Part shown: piece after piece, positions 29,885-39,451 of the stretch | Numbering within the stretch: the first letter of the stretch is position 1 | Layout of the letters: each line of letters starts with the position of its first letter | Source: an uncultured Cytophagia bacterium | GTDB taxonomy: Bacteria > Zhuqueibacterota > Zhuqueibacteria > Oceanimicrobiales > Oceanimicrobiaceae | Assembly (NCBI GenBank): GCA_964539665.1 | Contig: CAZIKB010000002.1 | Span: forward strand, 3,609 to 67,608 | DNA: 64,000 nt | Direction: 5' to 3' | The notes under the pieces: model-generated | The model's database searches: none | The model's input: the letters and a program-made list of their open reading frames with translations, nothing else | What the model was told of the DNA's origin: nothing | Position numbers and translations under genes: made by a program

Positions 29885-31528
29885 ATGATGCGTTCACTTT
29901 ATTCAGGTGTATCTGGTTTAATAAACCAGCAATTAAAAATGGGTATAATTGGTAATAATATCGCCAACATTAACACTTCAGGCTATAAAGCGGCCCGGCT
30001 TAATTTTGCCGAGGAGGTGAGTCAATTGCTGCGTGGTGCTCAGAAGACGGCTGCTGGAGCATCTAAAAATGCCTTGTTAATAGGTATAGGTGTAAAAACC
30101 GGTAGTATTGATCACGACTTTTCACAAGGTATTCTACAATCCACAGGAAAAGTCACGGATTTAGGTATTCTAGGGGATGGTTTTTTTATTGTTAACGACG
30201 GCACAAGAGGATTGTACACCCGGGCTGGAAATTTTCATTTTGATGGCAGTGATCGTTTGGTTGATGCAAATGGCTTATTAGTCCAGGGTTGGATGGCCGA
30301 TCAAACTGGAGATTTATCTCAATCGGCGGCTTTGGGCAATATTGTATTTAACGCATCAGCTATATCTCCAGCTAAATCAACAGAGAATGTTGCAATTGCC
30401 GGCAACTTAGATGCAGCGGCAAAACCTGTTATTGGAGTTTGGACTGCCGGTTTATCATTTACTTTAGCCGCAAACGGCAACCCGGCAATCGGGACTACAG
30501 ATTTGAATTCGCTTACCCAAACAACCACACCGCTTGTCGCCGGTGATGTGATTGACATCAGCGGAACAAATCCGGATGGTACAGTCGTTTCAGCAACATT
30601 CACCTATGGAGCGGCTAATGATGGTACGACCATAGATGATTTATTAGCCTCAATAAATGGAGCTTATACAGGAACAACAGCAACTTTTGTGAATGGTATA
30701 GTAGTCTTAACTGATGCAAATTCAGGTGCGAGCAGCACAACCATCACATTAGCTGAAAATGCCGCCAACACAGGCGCCATCACATTACCCAGCTTTGCGA
30801 ATTCGGCTGTCGGGTTTTCTCCGACGGAAATAGCTTCAGTTATTGTATATGATAGCTTAGGTTCTGCGCACAGGCTCGATATTACTTTTACAAAGACAGA
30901 TAATCCCCGTGAATGGACTTTTGTCGTGAGTTTTTCGGGAGATGAAACCATAACTGCAGGAAATACAGGCACACTCGCTTTCGCAACGGATGGCACCCTG
31001 GAAACAATTATTTATGATGGCGGAGAATCAACTCTAATTTTCGATCCGCAAAACACGGCTAATTCTGTCTCTTTGACGATGGATTTCGCCAATGCAACGG
31101 GAATGAGTGGATTAACCCAATTCGCCGGTCCGTCAACGGTGAATCTTCCATTTCAAGATGGCCAGGCCAATGGCTCATTAACATCATTTATAATTAATGA
31201 GGGCGGCAAAATCATTGGTTCATTCTCTAACGGTACAAACCGATTAATAGCCCAAATAGGTCTGGCAAAATTCAGCAATCCCGAAGGTCTGATCAATCTG
31301 GGTAATAATATTTATGAGGTTTCTGTGAGTTCAGGTGTGCCATTTGTTGGTAAAGCCGTTGAAGAATTATCATCAGCTATCGTTTCAGGAACGCTGGAAT
31401 CTTCAAATGTTAATCTTGCAGCGGAGTTTTCTGAAATGATCATTGCCCAAAGGGCTTTTCAAGCCAGCGCCCGAACGATAACCGTTAGTGACCAATTTTT
31501 ACAAGAGGTGGTCCAACTGAAGAGGTAA
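29885..31528 (+). CDS. flgE: Flagellar hook protein FlgE
   Basis: 547 aa. Rod/hook N-terminal signature SLYSGVSGLINQQLKMGIIGNNIANINTSGYK and C-terminal signature SNVNLAAEFSEMIIAQRAFQASARTITVSDQ. Confidence 0.9.
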   Translation: MMRSLYSGVSGLINQQLKMGIIGNNIANINTSGYKAARLNFAEEVSQLLRGAQKTAAGASKNALLIGIGVKTGSIDHDFSQGILQSTGKVTDLGILGDGFFIVNDGTRGLYTRAGNFHFDGSDRLVDANGLLVQGWMADQTGDLSQSAALGNIVFNASAISPAKSTENVAIAGNLDAAAKPVIGVWTAGLSFTLAANGNPAIGTTDLNSLTQTTTPLVAGDVIDISGTNPDGTVVSATFTYGAANDGTTIDDLLASINGAYTGTTATFVNGIVVLTDANSGASSTTITLAENAANTGAITLPSFANSAVGFSPTEIASVIVYDSLGSAHRLDITFTKTDNPREWTFVVSFSGDETITAGNTGTLAFATDGTLETIIYDGGESTLIFDPQNTANSVSLTMDFANATGMSGLTQFAGPSTVNLPFQDGQANGSLTSFIINEGGKIIGSFSNGTNRLIAQIGLAKFSNPEGLINLGNNIYEVSVSSGVPFVGKAVEELSSAIVSGTLESSNVNLAAEFSEMIIAQRAFQASARTITVSDQFLQEVVQLKR

Positions 31529-31550
31529 TATAATTAATAATTAGATTAAT

Positions 31551-31582
31551 ACCCGGGCTGTTCTATCCGGCTAAGCCCGGGT
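31551..31582 (+). other. GC-rich stem-loop immediately downstream of flgE
   Basis: ACCCGGGCT-gttctatccggcta-AGCCCGGGT is a 9 bp perfect stem. It is unusually GC-rich for this AT-rich sequence, and no U-tract follows. Confidence 0.4.
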
Positions 31583-31634
31583 AATATATCGTTTAATCAA
31601 GCATGGTTAAGGCTTATTAAGTATTTAAGGTAAA

Positions 31635-32414
31635 ATGGATAAATCTACAATAATCGGCATACTCACTGGTGTTTTTCTTCTGGGATTTTCCCTATTACAA
31701 GGTGCTGGATGGCAAATGTTTTTCAGTTTACCCTCATTTTTTATAGTCATAGGTGGAACTGTTGCAGCAACTCTTGTGAATTTTCCACTGTCGGATGTAA
31801 TCGGCGTGATGAAGATAGCTCAAAAAACTATGACACATACACCGATGTCACAAAAAAGCATAATCGAATCAATTGTGCAGATATCAAAAAAAGCAAGAAC
31901 AAACGGTTTGTTAGCCATAGAACAAGATTTACATACATTAGATGATGAATTTTTTAAAACCTGTTTACAGCATGTTATCAACGGTACAGAACCTGAAGAT
32001 TTGCGCAATATTATGGAAACTGAGTTGGCAGTAATGACACAAAGACATAAAATTGGCCAAAAGATATTCATGGGTATGGGGACCTACGCTCCTGCTTTTG
32101 GAATGGTTGGGACATTAATTGGACTCATAAAAATGCTGCAAGATTTACAAGATCCGGCCGGAATTGGTCCAGGTATGGCGCTGGCCATGGTGACCACTTT
32201 TTATGGTGCGTTATTTGCCAATCTATTTTTTCTTCCTATGGCTGGAAAATTAAAACAACGTTCCGAAGAAGAGATTCTTTATAAAGAATTGGTGTTAAAT
32301 GGCGTTATGAGTGTACAAGCAGAGGAATCTCCAAGAATCATTAAAAATAAGCTGATTACATACATAGCGCCAAAGCTGCGTACCGATACTGGAAATTCAG
32401 GTAACCAGGAGTAA
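31635..32414 (+). CDS. motA: Flagellar stator protein MotA
   Basis: 259 aa with 4 TM segments and the conserved C-terminal plug/channel region YAPAFGMVGTLIGLIKML...GMALAMVTTFYGALFANLFFLP. Confidence 0.85.
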   Translation: MDKSTIIGILTGVFLLGFSLLQGAGWQMFFSLPSFFIVIGGTVAATLVNFPLSDVIGVMKIAQKTMTHTPMSQKSIIESIVQISKKARTNGLLAIEQDLHTLDDEFFKTCLQHVINGTEPEDLRNIMETELAVMTQRHKIGQKIFMGMGTYAPAFGMVGTLIGLIKMLQDLQDPAGIGPGMALAMVTTFYGALFANLFFLPMAGKLKQRSEEEILYKELVLNGVMSVQAEESPRIIKNKLITYIAPKLRTDTGNSGNQE

Positions 32415-32418
32415 TCAA

Positions 32419-33126
32419 GTGAGCGATAGTCAAAAAAAACGGCGAGAAAGCGACGACAATGATCAACCCTCGTCTCCAGCCTGGATGACAACCTATGGAG
32501 ATATGATGACACTGTTGATGACCTTCTTTATTCTTATAATGTCGTTTTCATCCATTGAATTGGATAAGTTCAAAGCAGCCATGGGTTCACTGAAAGGGGC
32601 CTTTGGTGTTTTAGGCGATTCTGACAATCTCAATCCTGCACAAAGTTATATTTCTCACTACCAACATAACATGCAAAAAGTTAGTTTGGTAGAGCATGTC
32701 CAGAACTTAAGGGAAACGGTTTCCAAATTAGAATTAGAAAACGATATTGAAATTTATGAGACAGATTCTGAAGTGACCATTCTTATTACAGCTCAAATAT
32801 TATTTGAATCAGGCGGTGCAAATCTCAAGTCTGATTTCTTACCAACCTTATCAAAAATTGCAAAAACAGTCATCAATAAAGCTAATGAGATTAGAATTGC
32901 CGGCCATACTGACACTATTCCCATTAACACAAAAAAATATCCATCAAATTGGGAATTGTCGGTAGATCGAGCATTAGGTGTTATGAGGTTTTTAGTAAAC
33001 AATGAAAATATTAATTCCGACAAGGTATCCATTTCCGGATTTGCTGAATATCATCCGTTAGTTTCAAACGACTCACAAAGAAATCGAGCAATTAATAGAA
33101 GAGTTGAAATTTATTTAAAATGGTAA
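32419..33126 (+). CDS. motB: Flagellar stator protein MotB (OmpA-like)
   Basis: 235 aa. MotB N-terminus PAWMTTYGDMMTLLMTFFIL and a C-terminal OmpA-like peptidoglycan-binding domain (IRIAGHTD...NRRVEI). Confidence 0.85.
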   Translation: MSDSQKKRRESDDNDQPSSPAWMTTYGDMMTLLMTFFILIMSFSSIELDKFKAAMGSLKGAFGVLGDSDNLNPAQSYISHYQHNMQKVSLVEHVQNLRETVSKLELENDIEIYETDSEVTILITAQILFESGGANLKSDFLPTLSKIAKTVINKANEIRIAGHTDTIPINTKKYPSNWELSVDRALGVMRFLVNNENINSDKVSISGFAEYHPLVSNDSQRNRAINRRVEIYLKW

Positions 33127-33127
33127 A

Positions 33128-33637
33128 ATGAATATGGCTGACGAGAAAACTCCAATAAATAAAGATTTAGAGGAAACTTCCGATGTTAAAGAAAAAAGTA
33201 TGGGCCTAAAAGCTAAACTTATTATTATACCAGCTATTTTAATAATTCAGGCAGTTGCAGCATATTTTTTAGTGTTTAACATATTAATTGCAAATCCTGA
33301 AAAAAAACAACCCGAGAAAAAAAAAGAAACTCAAGTTGGCCAATTCTTTGAGATTACTGACTTTGTTATAAACCCGGCAGGCTCGCGAGGTAGAAGGTTC
33401 CTGGTTTTAGAATTAAATTTAGAAACACATGATGCAAAGCTCATGGAAGAAGCTGAAAGTAAAAGAGTATGGCTCCGGGATGCTATTCTATTACACCTGG
33501 TAAAAAAAACTTCCGACGAATTATTGGATTTCACTAAAAGAGATTGTCTTAAAGTAGAAATTTTAGAGGTTATAAATAGCAAATTATCGAAAGGGACTTT
33601 TGACGAGTTGTATTTTAATAAATACATTATGCAATAA
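33128..33637 (+). CDS. fliL: Flagellar basal body-associated protein FliL
   Basis: 169 aa with a single TM segment (LIIIPAILIIQAVAAYFLVF) and a FliL-type C-terminal domain (FVINPAGSRGRRFLVLELNLE). Confidence 0.7.
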   Translation: MNMADEKTPINKDLEETSDVKEKSMGLKAKLIIIPAILIIQAVAAYFLVFNILIANPEKKQPEKKKETQVGQFFEITDFVINPAGSRGRRFLVLELNLETHDAKLMEEAESKRVWLRDAILLHLVKKTSDELLDFTKRDCLKVEILEVINSKLSKGTFDELYFNKYIMQ

Positions 33638-33687
33638 CTGTAAATTATTAACTTAGTTCATAATCATAATTTAAGTATCACGAGACC

Positions 33688-34140
33688 ATGGCAGACGAAA
33701 TACAAAATGAAGCATTAGAAGAACAGCCAGAAATCGATAACACATCTGAAAATGAGGTTCTTGAACAGACAGGCTTTGCATCAGAATCCCCTAATCCTGC
33801 TTCCTCGAATGTTGAAGAACCACATGACTCTGATGTCAATGCGGAAAATCATGCTGACCTAAATATAACTGAGATTAGTAGTAATATTCCCAATAATTTA
33901 GAATTATTACAAGATGTATCTCTCGATCTCACGGTCGAATTAGGACGATGTGAATTGCAATTCAAGGAAGTTTTACAATTGGGTATAGGTTCAATTGTAG
34001 AACTAAATAAATTAGCGGATAAACCTGTGGATATATATGTCAATCAAAGTAAAATAGCTGAAGGTGAAGTGGTGGTGATCGGGGAACATTATGGTGTACG
34101 AATCTCGAAACTCATGCATCCTCATGAAAAGTTAAAATAA
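33688..34140 (+). CDS. fliN: Flagellar motor switch protein FliN (SpoA domain) with an acidic N-terminal extension
   Basis: C-terminal SpoA/FliN domain LQDVSLDLTVELGRCELQFKEVLQLGIGSIVELNKLADKPVDIYVNQSKIAEGEVVVIGEHYGVRI. No fliM lies between fliL and fliN. Confidence 0.8.
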   Translation: MADEIQNEALEEQPEIDNTSENEVLEQTGFASESPNPASSNVEEPHDSDVNAENHADLNITEISSNIPNNLELLQDVSLDLTVELGRCELQFKEVLQLGIGSIVELNKLADKPVDIYVNQSKIAEGEVVVIGEHYGVRISKLMHPHEKLK

Positions 34141-34152
34141 GCAGGATGAATT

Positions 34153-34674
34153 ATGAAAAAAAGTAGAATATTCACGCTTGCTGTTATTTTTACATTATAT
34201 TTATTATTCAGTTCAAATATACCCGATATTTGTGCAAACACCGCTTACAAACAAAGTTCAACAAATCCAACAGAAAATCAACCATCTTCGATTATCCAGA
34301 CAGCGCAGACTGAAACATCGCCAAATTATTTATCTTTGTTTATGAAGGCATTAGGCTTTGTCGCGTTTTTTATTGTTTTTATTTATGGTTATGTGAAATT
34401 GAATAAGAATTTTCTGTCAGTTAGAAATGCAAAACATGATTCCGCTAATATTCAAATAATTGGCTCGAAAATTATCGGCCAGAAAAAGTCACTCTACATA
34501 GTAGATGTTCTTGAGCATGTACTTTTATTGGGGATAACAGACAATGAGATTTCGGTTCTATTAGATGTTCCGAGTGAAAATCTAAGCACTGAACTGAAGG
34601 AATCGTGGCAAACAAAAAAAAATACGTCAGAACCAATATTTAAAAAAATTACAGCTCATTTGTTAAATAAATAA
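34153..34674 (+). CDS. fliO: Flagellar biosynthesis protein FliO/FliZ-like
   Basis: 173 aa. A signal-like N-terminus plus one TM segment (LGFVAFFIVFIYGYV). It sits between fliN and fliP. Confidence 0.5.
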   Translation: MKKSRIFTLAVIFTLYLLFSSNIPDICANTAYKQSSTNPTENQPSSIIQTAQTETSPNYLSLFMKALGFVAFFIVFIYGYVKLNKNFLSVRNAKHDSANIQIIGSKIIGQKKSLYIVDVLEHVLLLGITDNEISVLLDVPSENLSTELKESWQTKKNTSEPIFKKITAHLLNK

Positions 34675-34678
34675 TTTT

Positions 34679-35443
34679 ATGAATACAGTCAATCATAAAA
34701 AGTGTTTATTATTTATAATCGGGATTATAATTTTGAGTTGTTGTATTTTTATTGATACATCAACAGCTCAGCCTCTGCCAAAGGTAAGTATTGGACTTCT
34801 GGATAAGGCCAATAAAGAAGAGTCGTCTCTCGCGATTCAAATCCTTGTACTAATAACAATTCTCTCACTGGCTCCAGCTATTGCGATTATGATGACTTCT
34901 TTTACAAGGCTAATAATCGTTTTTCATTTTTTACGTATGGCTTTAGGGACGCAATCTACTCCGGCAAATCAAATTATTATTGGATTGTCGTTGTTTTTAA
35001 CATTCTTTATTATGCAGCCGGCAATTAATGAAATTAACACAAGCAGCGTACAACCTTTTCTAAATGATAAGATTACTCAAAATGAAGCGCTGGAAAATGC
35101 TCTGAAACCGATACGAAAATTTATGTTGAAAGAAACAAAAGAACAAGATCTGATGCTATTTGTACAACTGGCGAAAATTCCAAAACCTAAATCAGTGGAA
35201 GAATTACCCACATATATACTCATTCCATCGTTTATAATAAGTGAATTAAGAGTCGCATTTCAAATTGGATTTCTATTATACTTGCCATTGTTACTGATAG
35301 ATTTGATTGTGGCTGTGATACTCATGTCTATGGGTATGATGATGCTACCACCGGCCATGATTTCTTTGCCATTTAAAATCCTTTTGTTTGTTCTCGTAGA
35401 TGGATGGCAACTAATTATAAAATCGGTGGTGTCAAGCTTTTAA
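34679..35443 (+). CDS. fliP: Flagellar export apparatus protein FliP
   Basis: 254 aa. FliP signatures TSFTRLIIVFHFLRMALGTQSTPANQIIIGLSLFLTFFIM and a C-terminal GMMMLPP motif. Confidence 0.9.
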   Translation: MNTVNHKKCLLFIIGIIILSCCIFIDTSTAQPLPKVSIGLLDKANKEESSLAIQILVLITILSLAPAIAIMMTSFTRLIIVFHFLRMALGTQSTPANQIIIGLSLFLTFFIMQPAINEINTSSVQPFLNDKITQNEALENALKPIRKFMLKETKEQDLMLFVQLAKIPKPKSVEELPTYILIPSFIISELRVAFQIGFLLYLPLLLIDLIVAVILMSMGMMMLPPAMISLPFKILLFVLVDGWQLIIKSVVSSF

Positions 35444-35460
35444 AGCTTCAGGAGAATTCT

Positions 35461-35730
35461 ATGACAGTTGAATTTGTAATTTATTGGGGACAACAAAGCC
35501 TTAGAACAGTTATTTTGGTAACAGGACCTGTTTTACTTGGCGGAATGTTTGCGGGTATCCTCGTGGGCCTGTTTCAAACAATAACATCAATAAATGAAAT
35601 GACTTTAACATTTATTCCCAAAATCGCCGTGGTCATCATTATTTTATTGTTTTTAATGCCCTGGATGTTAAACACTATAATCGATTTTACAACCAATGTA
35701 TTTGCACAAATAGCTATTATTGCAAATTAA
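35461..35730 (+). CDS. fliQ: Flagellar export apparatus protein FliQ
   Basis: The ATG at 35461 gives an 89 aa product MTVEFVIYWGQQSLRTVILVTGPVLLGGMFAGILVGLFQTITSINEMTLTFIPK..., which is the typical FliQ size. The ORF-track start at 35404 would overlap fliP and is probably not used. Confidence 0.85.
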   Translation: MTVEFVIYWGQQSLRTVILVTGPVLLGGMFAGILVGLFQTITSINEMTLTFIPKIAVVIIILLFLMPWMLNTIIDFTTNVFAQIAIIAN

Positions 35731-35779
35731 AAGGTCGGGCAATATTAAAGTATTATATTTTATTTTTCATTGGTGTTAA

Positions 35780-36565
35780 ATGTTAATTGAAGTATTCGGA
35801 ATATCATCAGAGCAACTTATCGGCTTTTCATTGACATTTATTCGCATTTTAGCAGTCGTTGCTGTCGCACCGTTATTTGGGAGTCGAACGATTCCGGCCA
35901 GAGTCAAGATAGTATTAGCGATATTTCTGACTATTATAATCTGGCCAATTCTTGACATGCAAAAATTTGGAAATAACTTACAATTTAAATCATTGTTTAC
36001 TTTGACTTTCAAAGAAGTGATTATTGGTTTATTTCTGGGATTCAATGCCAAATTTTTATTTGAAGCATTTAATTTTGCTGGTCGCTTAATAAGCCAGCAA
36101 ATGGGATTGATGATGGCCGAGCTGGTCAACCCTGAGAGTGGAGCCCAGGTTTCTCCAATAGAAAACATATTAAGCCTTATGGCGATACTGTTTTTCATTT
36201 ACTTAGAAGGACATATTTTTATTATTACTGCCATACATAAGAGTTTTTTAGTTATTCCAGTTGCAAGTTTAACTTTAATAAGAAGTGGTGCAGGGGAAAA
36301 AATGTTATCTATGTTTAATAATATTTTTATTTTGGGGCTTAAATTCGCCTCCCCTGTCGTCGCTATTATTTTTCTAATTGAAATATGCATGGGGATACTA
36401 GCAAGGATTGTGCCACAGATGAATATATTTTTTATTGGATTACCCATAAGATTAGGCGTAGGTTTATTAATTTTAACTACTATGATTCCACTATCATATT
36501 TATTTTTTAATAGCATATTTAAAATATGGCAACTGGACCTGAATACAATTATAAATAAATTTTAG
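35780..36565 (+). CDS. fliR: Flagellar export apparatus protein FliR
   Basis: 261 aa, polytopic. FliR-like N-terminus FSLTFIRILAVVAVAPLFGSRTIPARVK. Confidence 0.85.
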   Translation: MLIEVFGISSEQLIGFSLTFIRILAVVAVAPLFGSRTIPARVKIVLAIFLTIIIWPILDMQKFGNNLQFKSLFTLTFKEVIIGLFLGFNAKFLFEAFNFAGRLISQQMGLMMAELVNPESGAQVSPIENILSLMAILFFIYLEGHIFIITAIHKSFLVIPVASLTLIRSGAGEKMLSMFNNIFILGLKFASPVVAIIFLIEICMGILARIVPQMNIFFIGLPIRLGVGLLILTTMIPLSYLFFNSIFKIWQLDLNTIINKF

Positions 36566-36575
36566 GTGAGCTCGC

Positions 36576-37466
36576 ATGAGTGTTAAATTAGTTGAATTAA
36601 ATCAAGATATAATTGGTAAAAAATTGGGGAAAAGTCTATTTAATACAAAAGGCAACAGATTATTGGGTGAAGGCGCCGAAATCACCTCATTCCATTTTTC
36701 ACACTTGACGGAAATAGGTTATAAAAGTATATATATAATAAACAATCAATCAATTGATTTTGAAATGAACGACCAATTAGTTTCAGAACGAATGCTGGCT
36801 AAAACACCTTATATTTTGAGAAACATATTCAACAGATTTATGGGTAAGGATAAAATAAGTATTTTTGAAACAAAAAAAGAGTTGCATGCAGTTGCAGAAC
36901 AATTGTTAAAAGATGTTGAGCCCGACAGACAAAATGCTCTAGCGCTTTTAGATTTGAAAAGAAGTGAAGATTATTTTTATCAACATTCCCTTAATGTAGC
37001 CATTTATTCTATTCTAATTGGAAGCGATCTATGTTTCCGTCAATCGAAGATTTTGGATCTTACATTAGCCGCTTTGTTGCATGACATTGGAATGCTGGAA
37101 ATTGATAAAGCAATCTTGAACAAACCAGCGGAATTATCAGATAGTGAATATACTGAAATCAAAAAACATACGATTCTGGGATTTCACCGCCTTGGGCGTC
37201 ATTGCAGTTACGGGGGGCTAATAACCATTGCCGCTGTTCAGCACCATGAACGATACGACGGTTCAGGTTATCCGAATAAATTATCCAGCGACGAAATACA
37301 CGAATACTCTCAAATCGTATCACTGGCAGATTTTTTTGACGCTTATACATCAGACAGGCCTTACCGCAGGCTGCATTCAATTGAGGAGGCATTAAAATAT
37401 ATAAAAGAAAATGAAGGCCACCAATTTGCTCCCAAAATAGTTGAGACTTTTTTAACATACTTTTAA
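36576..37466 (+). CDS. HD-GYP domain phosphodiesterase (c-di-GMP) with an N-terminal domain of unknown function
   Basis: YFYQHSLNVA...LLHDIGMLEID...HHERYDGSGYP...LADFFDAYTSDRPY. All HD-GYP metal-binding and GYP motifs are intact. Confidence 0.85.
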   Translation: MSVKLVELNQDIIGKKLGKSLFNTKGNRLLGEGAEITSFHFSHLTEIGYKSIYIINNQSIDFEMNDQLVSERMLAKTPYILRNIFNRFMGKDKISIFETKKELHAVAEQLLKDVEPDRQNALALLDLKRSEDYFYQHSLNVAIYSILIGSDLCFRQSKILDLTLAALLHDIGMLEIDKAILNKPAELSDSEYTEIKKHTILGFHRLGRHCSYGGLITIAAVQHHERYDGSGYPNKLSSDEIHEYSQIVSLADFFDAYTSDRPYRRLHSIEEALKYIKENEGHQFAPKIVETFLTYF

Positions 37467-37476
37467 ACATCGAAAT

Positions 37477-38370
37477 ATGAATTTAGAATTAGGTATATTG
37501 AATTCCAATATTATTGGGAGAACATTGGGGCAAAATATTTACAGCCCCAAAGGTGTACTTCTGCTCGCCAAAGGCACAAAGATAACTTCTTTCCATTATT
37601 CACACTTTAAAGACCTTGGTTATAAAAGTATCTATTTACAACATCCGAATACATCCGATCCTGGACTCGATAGCCAACTTATCGATGAAAGGTTTCGTGC
37701 CAAAGCGCCTTCTACGCTAAAAAGAATAATTTATAAATTATATAGTGATGATATGTACAGCATCGCGGCCGCGAAAAGAGGTCTAAATGCATTAGCTCAG
37801 AATATCATCGCCAATATTGACGAAACTAAATTAAAACTCGACAATATTTTAGAACCGAAAAGACTGGATGATTATATATTTCAGCATGCCTTGAATGTTG
37901 CTATCTATTCCAATTTAATTGGCAAGAGTTTAGACTATCATTACTTAAAATTGCTCGACCTCACTTTAGCGTCTCTACTTTACGATATAGGCATGATAGG
38001 ACTTGACACTTCCATATTAAACAAAAACACACAATTAGAAAAGGAAGAACTTGAACATATAAAGGCTCACACCATTCAAGGCTTCCAACATTTAGGTCGC
38101 CATTGTTCTTTTAATGGATTAGTGACCGTTTCTGCTATTCAACATCATGAAAGATATGATGGGGAAGGTTACCCTAAAGGAATAGCAGGCAAAAACATCC
38201 ATGAGTATTCTCGTATTATAACGCTTGTAGACGTTTTTGACGCCTATACCTCAGATAGACCCCACCGACAGTCACGTTCCATTGAAGAAGCCATCGATTA
38301 CATGAAATTAAGCGCTGGCAAAGTTTTTGACCCGAAGATTCTGTCACATTTTCTAAACTTTCTTAAATAA
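37477..38370 (+). CDS. HD-GYP paralog carrying YD in place of the catalytic HD dyad (probably degenerate)
   Basis: It is a paralog of the upstream gene throughout its length. FQHALNVA...LLYDIGMIGLD (TAC, Tyr, confirmed in the DNA at 37988-37990)...HHERYDGEGYP...VDVFDAYTSDRPH. Confidence 0.8.
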   Translation: MNLELGILNSNIIGRTLGQNIYSPKGVLLLAKGTKITSFHYSHFKDLGYKSIYLQHPNTSDPGLDSQLIDERFRAKAPSTLKRIIYKLYSDDMYSIAAAKRGLNALAQNIIANIDETKLKLDNILEPKRLDDYIFQHALNVAIYSNLIGKSLDYHYLKLLDLTLASLLYDIGMIGLDTSILNKNTQLEKEELEHIKAHTIQGFQHLGRHCSFNGLVTVSAIQHHERYDGEGYPKGIAGKNIHEYSRIITLVDVFDAYTSDRPHRQSRSIEEAIDYMKLSAGKVFDPKILSHFLNFLK

Positions 38371-38375
38371 AACCG

Positions 38376-39443
38376 ATGGCGGAAGAATCATTTCAGGACA
38401 AAACAGAACAACCAACTGCAAAAAAACTGCAGGAAGCCAGAGAGAGAGGCAATGTACCCAAAAGTCAAGAATTTAATTCTGCATTCATATTACTTTTTGG
38501 GTTATTGACACTCTTGATTCTAAGCGGTCACTATTTTCATGAATTAATCACTCTTTTTAAATCTTTTTACAGCGATATAGGCAACATGTCACTTAATGCA
38601 GTTAGTTTTCGATATCATTATGTGGGTGGCATTAAATATCTTTTTGTGTTTCTGGCGCCGATATTGTCCATTCTATTTTTAGTTACCATTGGGGTGCACA
38701 TTGCTCAGGTAGGGATTCAGTTCTCAACAAAACCTCTGATCCCTAATTTGGATAGACTGAATCCAATCAATGGATTGAAAAAATTTGTCTCCTTAAGGAC
38801 ATTTACCGAACTCATTAAGGGAAATTTAAAAATAATAATAATTAGTTGGGTGGCTTACAAGACTCTTTGGGGAGAAAAAGAAAGTTTTTTCTTATTAATA
38901 AATGAAAGTGTTATAGATATTTTCAGATTCATTGCAAACTTCGTTTTCAAGCTAAGCATTCGCATAACCGCGGTCTTTTTTATTCTGGCGGTTCTGGATT
39001 TAATATACCAGCGATGGCAATATATAAGAGATTTACGCATGACCAAACAAGACGTAAGAAGGGAAACTAAAGATTCCGAAATCGATTCTCATATCAAGAA
39101 TGCAATGAAAAGCGTACAACTATCCAGATACAGACAGAGGATGATGCAAAGCGTGCCGGAAGCAGACGTTGTGATTACCAACCCTACCGAAATTGCAGTT
39201 GCACTGAAGTATGATACAGAAAATATGCAAGCGCCAATATTTGTGGCAAAAGGAGCCCGACTCATTGCACAGAAAATTAAAGATGTCGCCAGGGAATATA
39301 ATATTCCTATTGTTGAAAATAAACCGCTTGCGCAATCCTTGTATAAGTTAGGCGAGATAGGTAAAGAAATACCATTCGAGCTTTACCAGGCCGTTGCTGA
39401 AATCTTTGCTTATGTATATCAATCAAAACATAAAACGATTTAA
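38376..39443 (+). CDS. flhB: Flagellar export apparatus protein FlhB
   Basis: 355 aa. FlhB N-terminus EESFQDKTEQPTAKKLQEARERGNVPKS, 4 TM segments, and a cleavage-loop region VVITNPTEIAVAL (NPTE in place of the canonical NPTH). Confidence 0.9.
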   Translation: MAEESFQDKTEQPTAKKLQEARERGNVPKSQEFNSAFILLFGLLTLLILSGHYFHELITLFKSFYSDIGNMSLNAVSFRYHYVGGIKYLFVFLAPILSILFLVTIGVHIAQVGIQFSTKPLIPNLDRLNPINGLKKFVSLRTFTELIKGNLKIIIISWVAYKTLWGEKESFFLLINESVIDIFRFIANFVFKLSIRITAVFFILAVLDLIYQRWQYIRDLRMTKQDVRRETKDSEIDSHIKNAMKSVQLSRYRQRMMQSVPEADVVITNPTEIAVALKYDTENMQAPIFVAKGARLIAQKIKDVAREYNIPIVENKPLAQSLYKLGEIGKEIPFELYQAVAEIFAYVYQSKHKTI

Positions 39444-39451
39444 TATTAGCT

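Noticed and set aside
35404-35460. The ORF-track N-terminal extension of fliQ
   Set aside because: It would overlap fliP by 40 nt and make FliQ 108 aa. The ATG at 35461 gives the canonical 89 aa protein.
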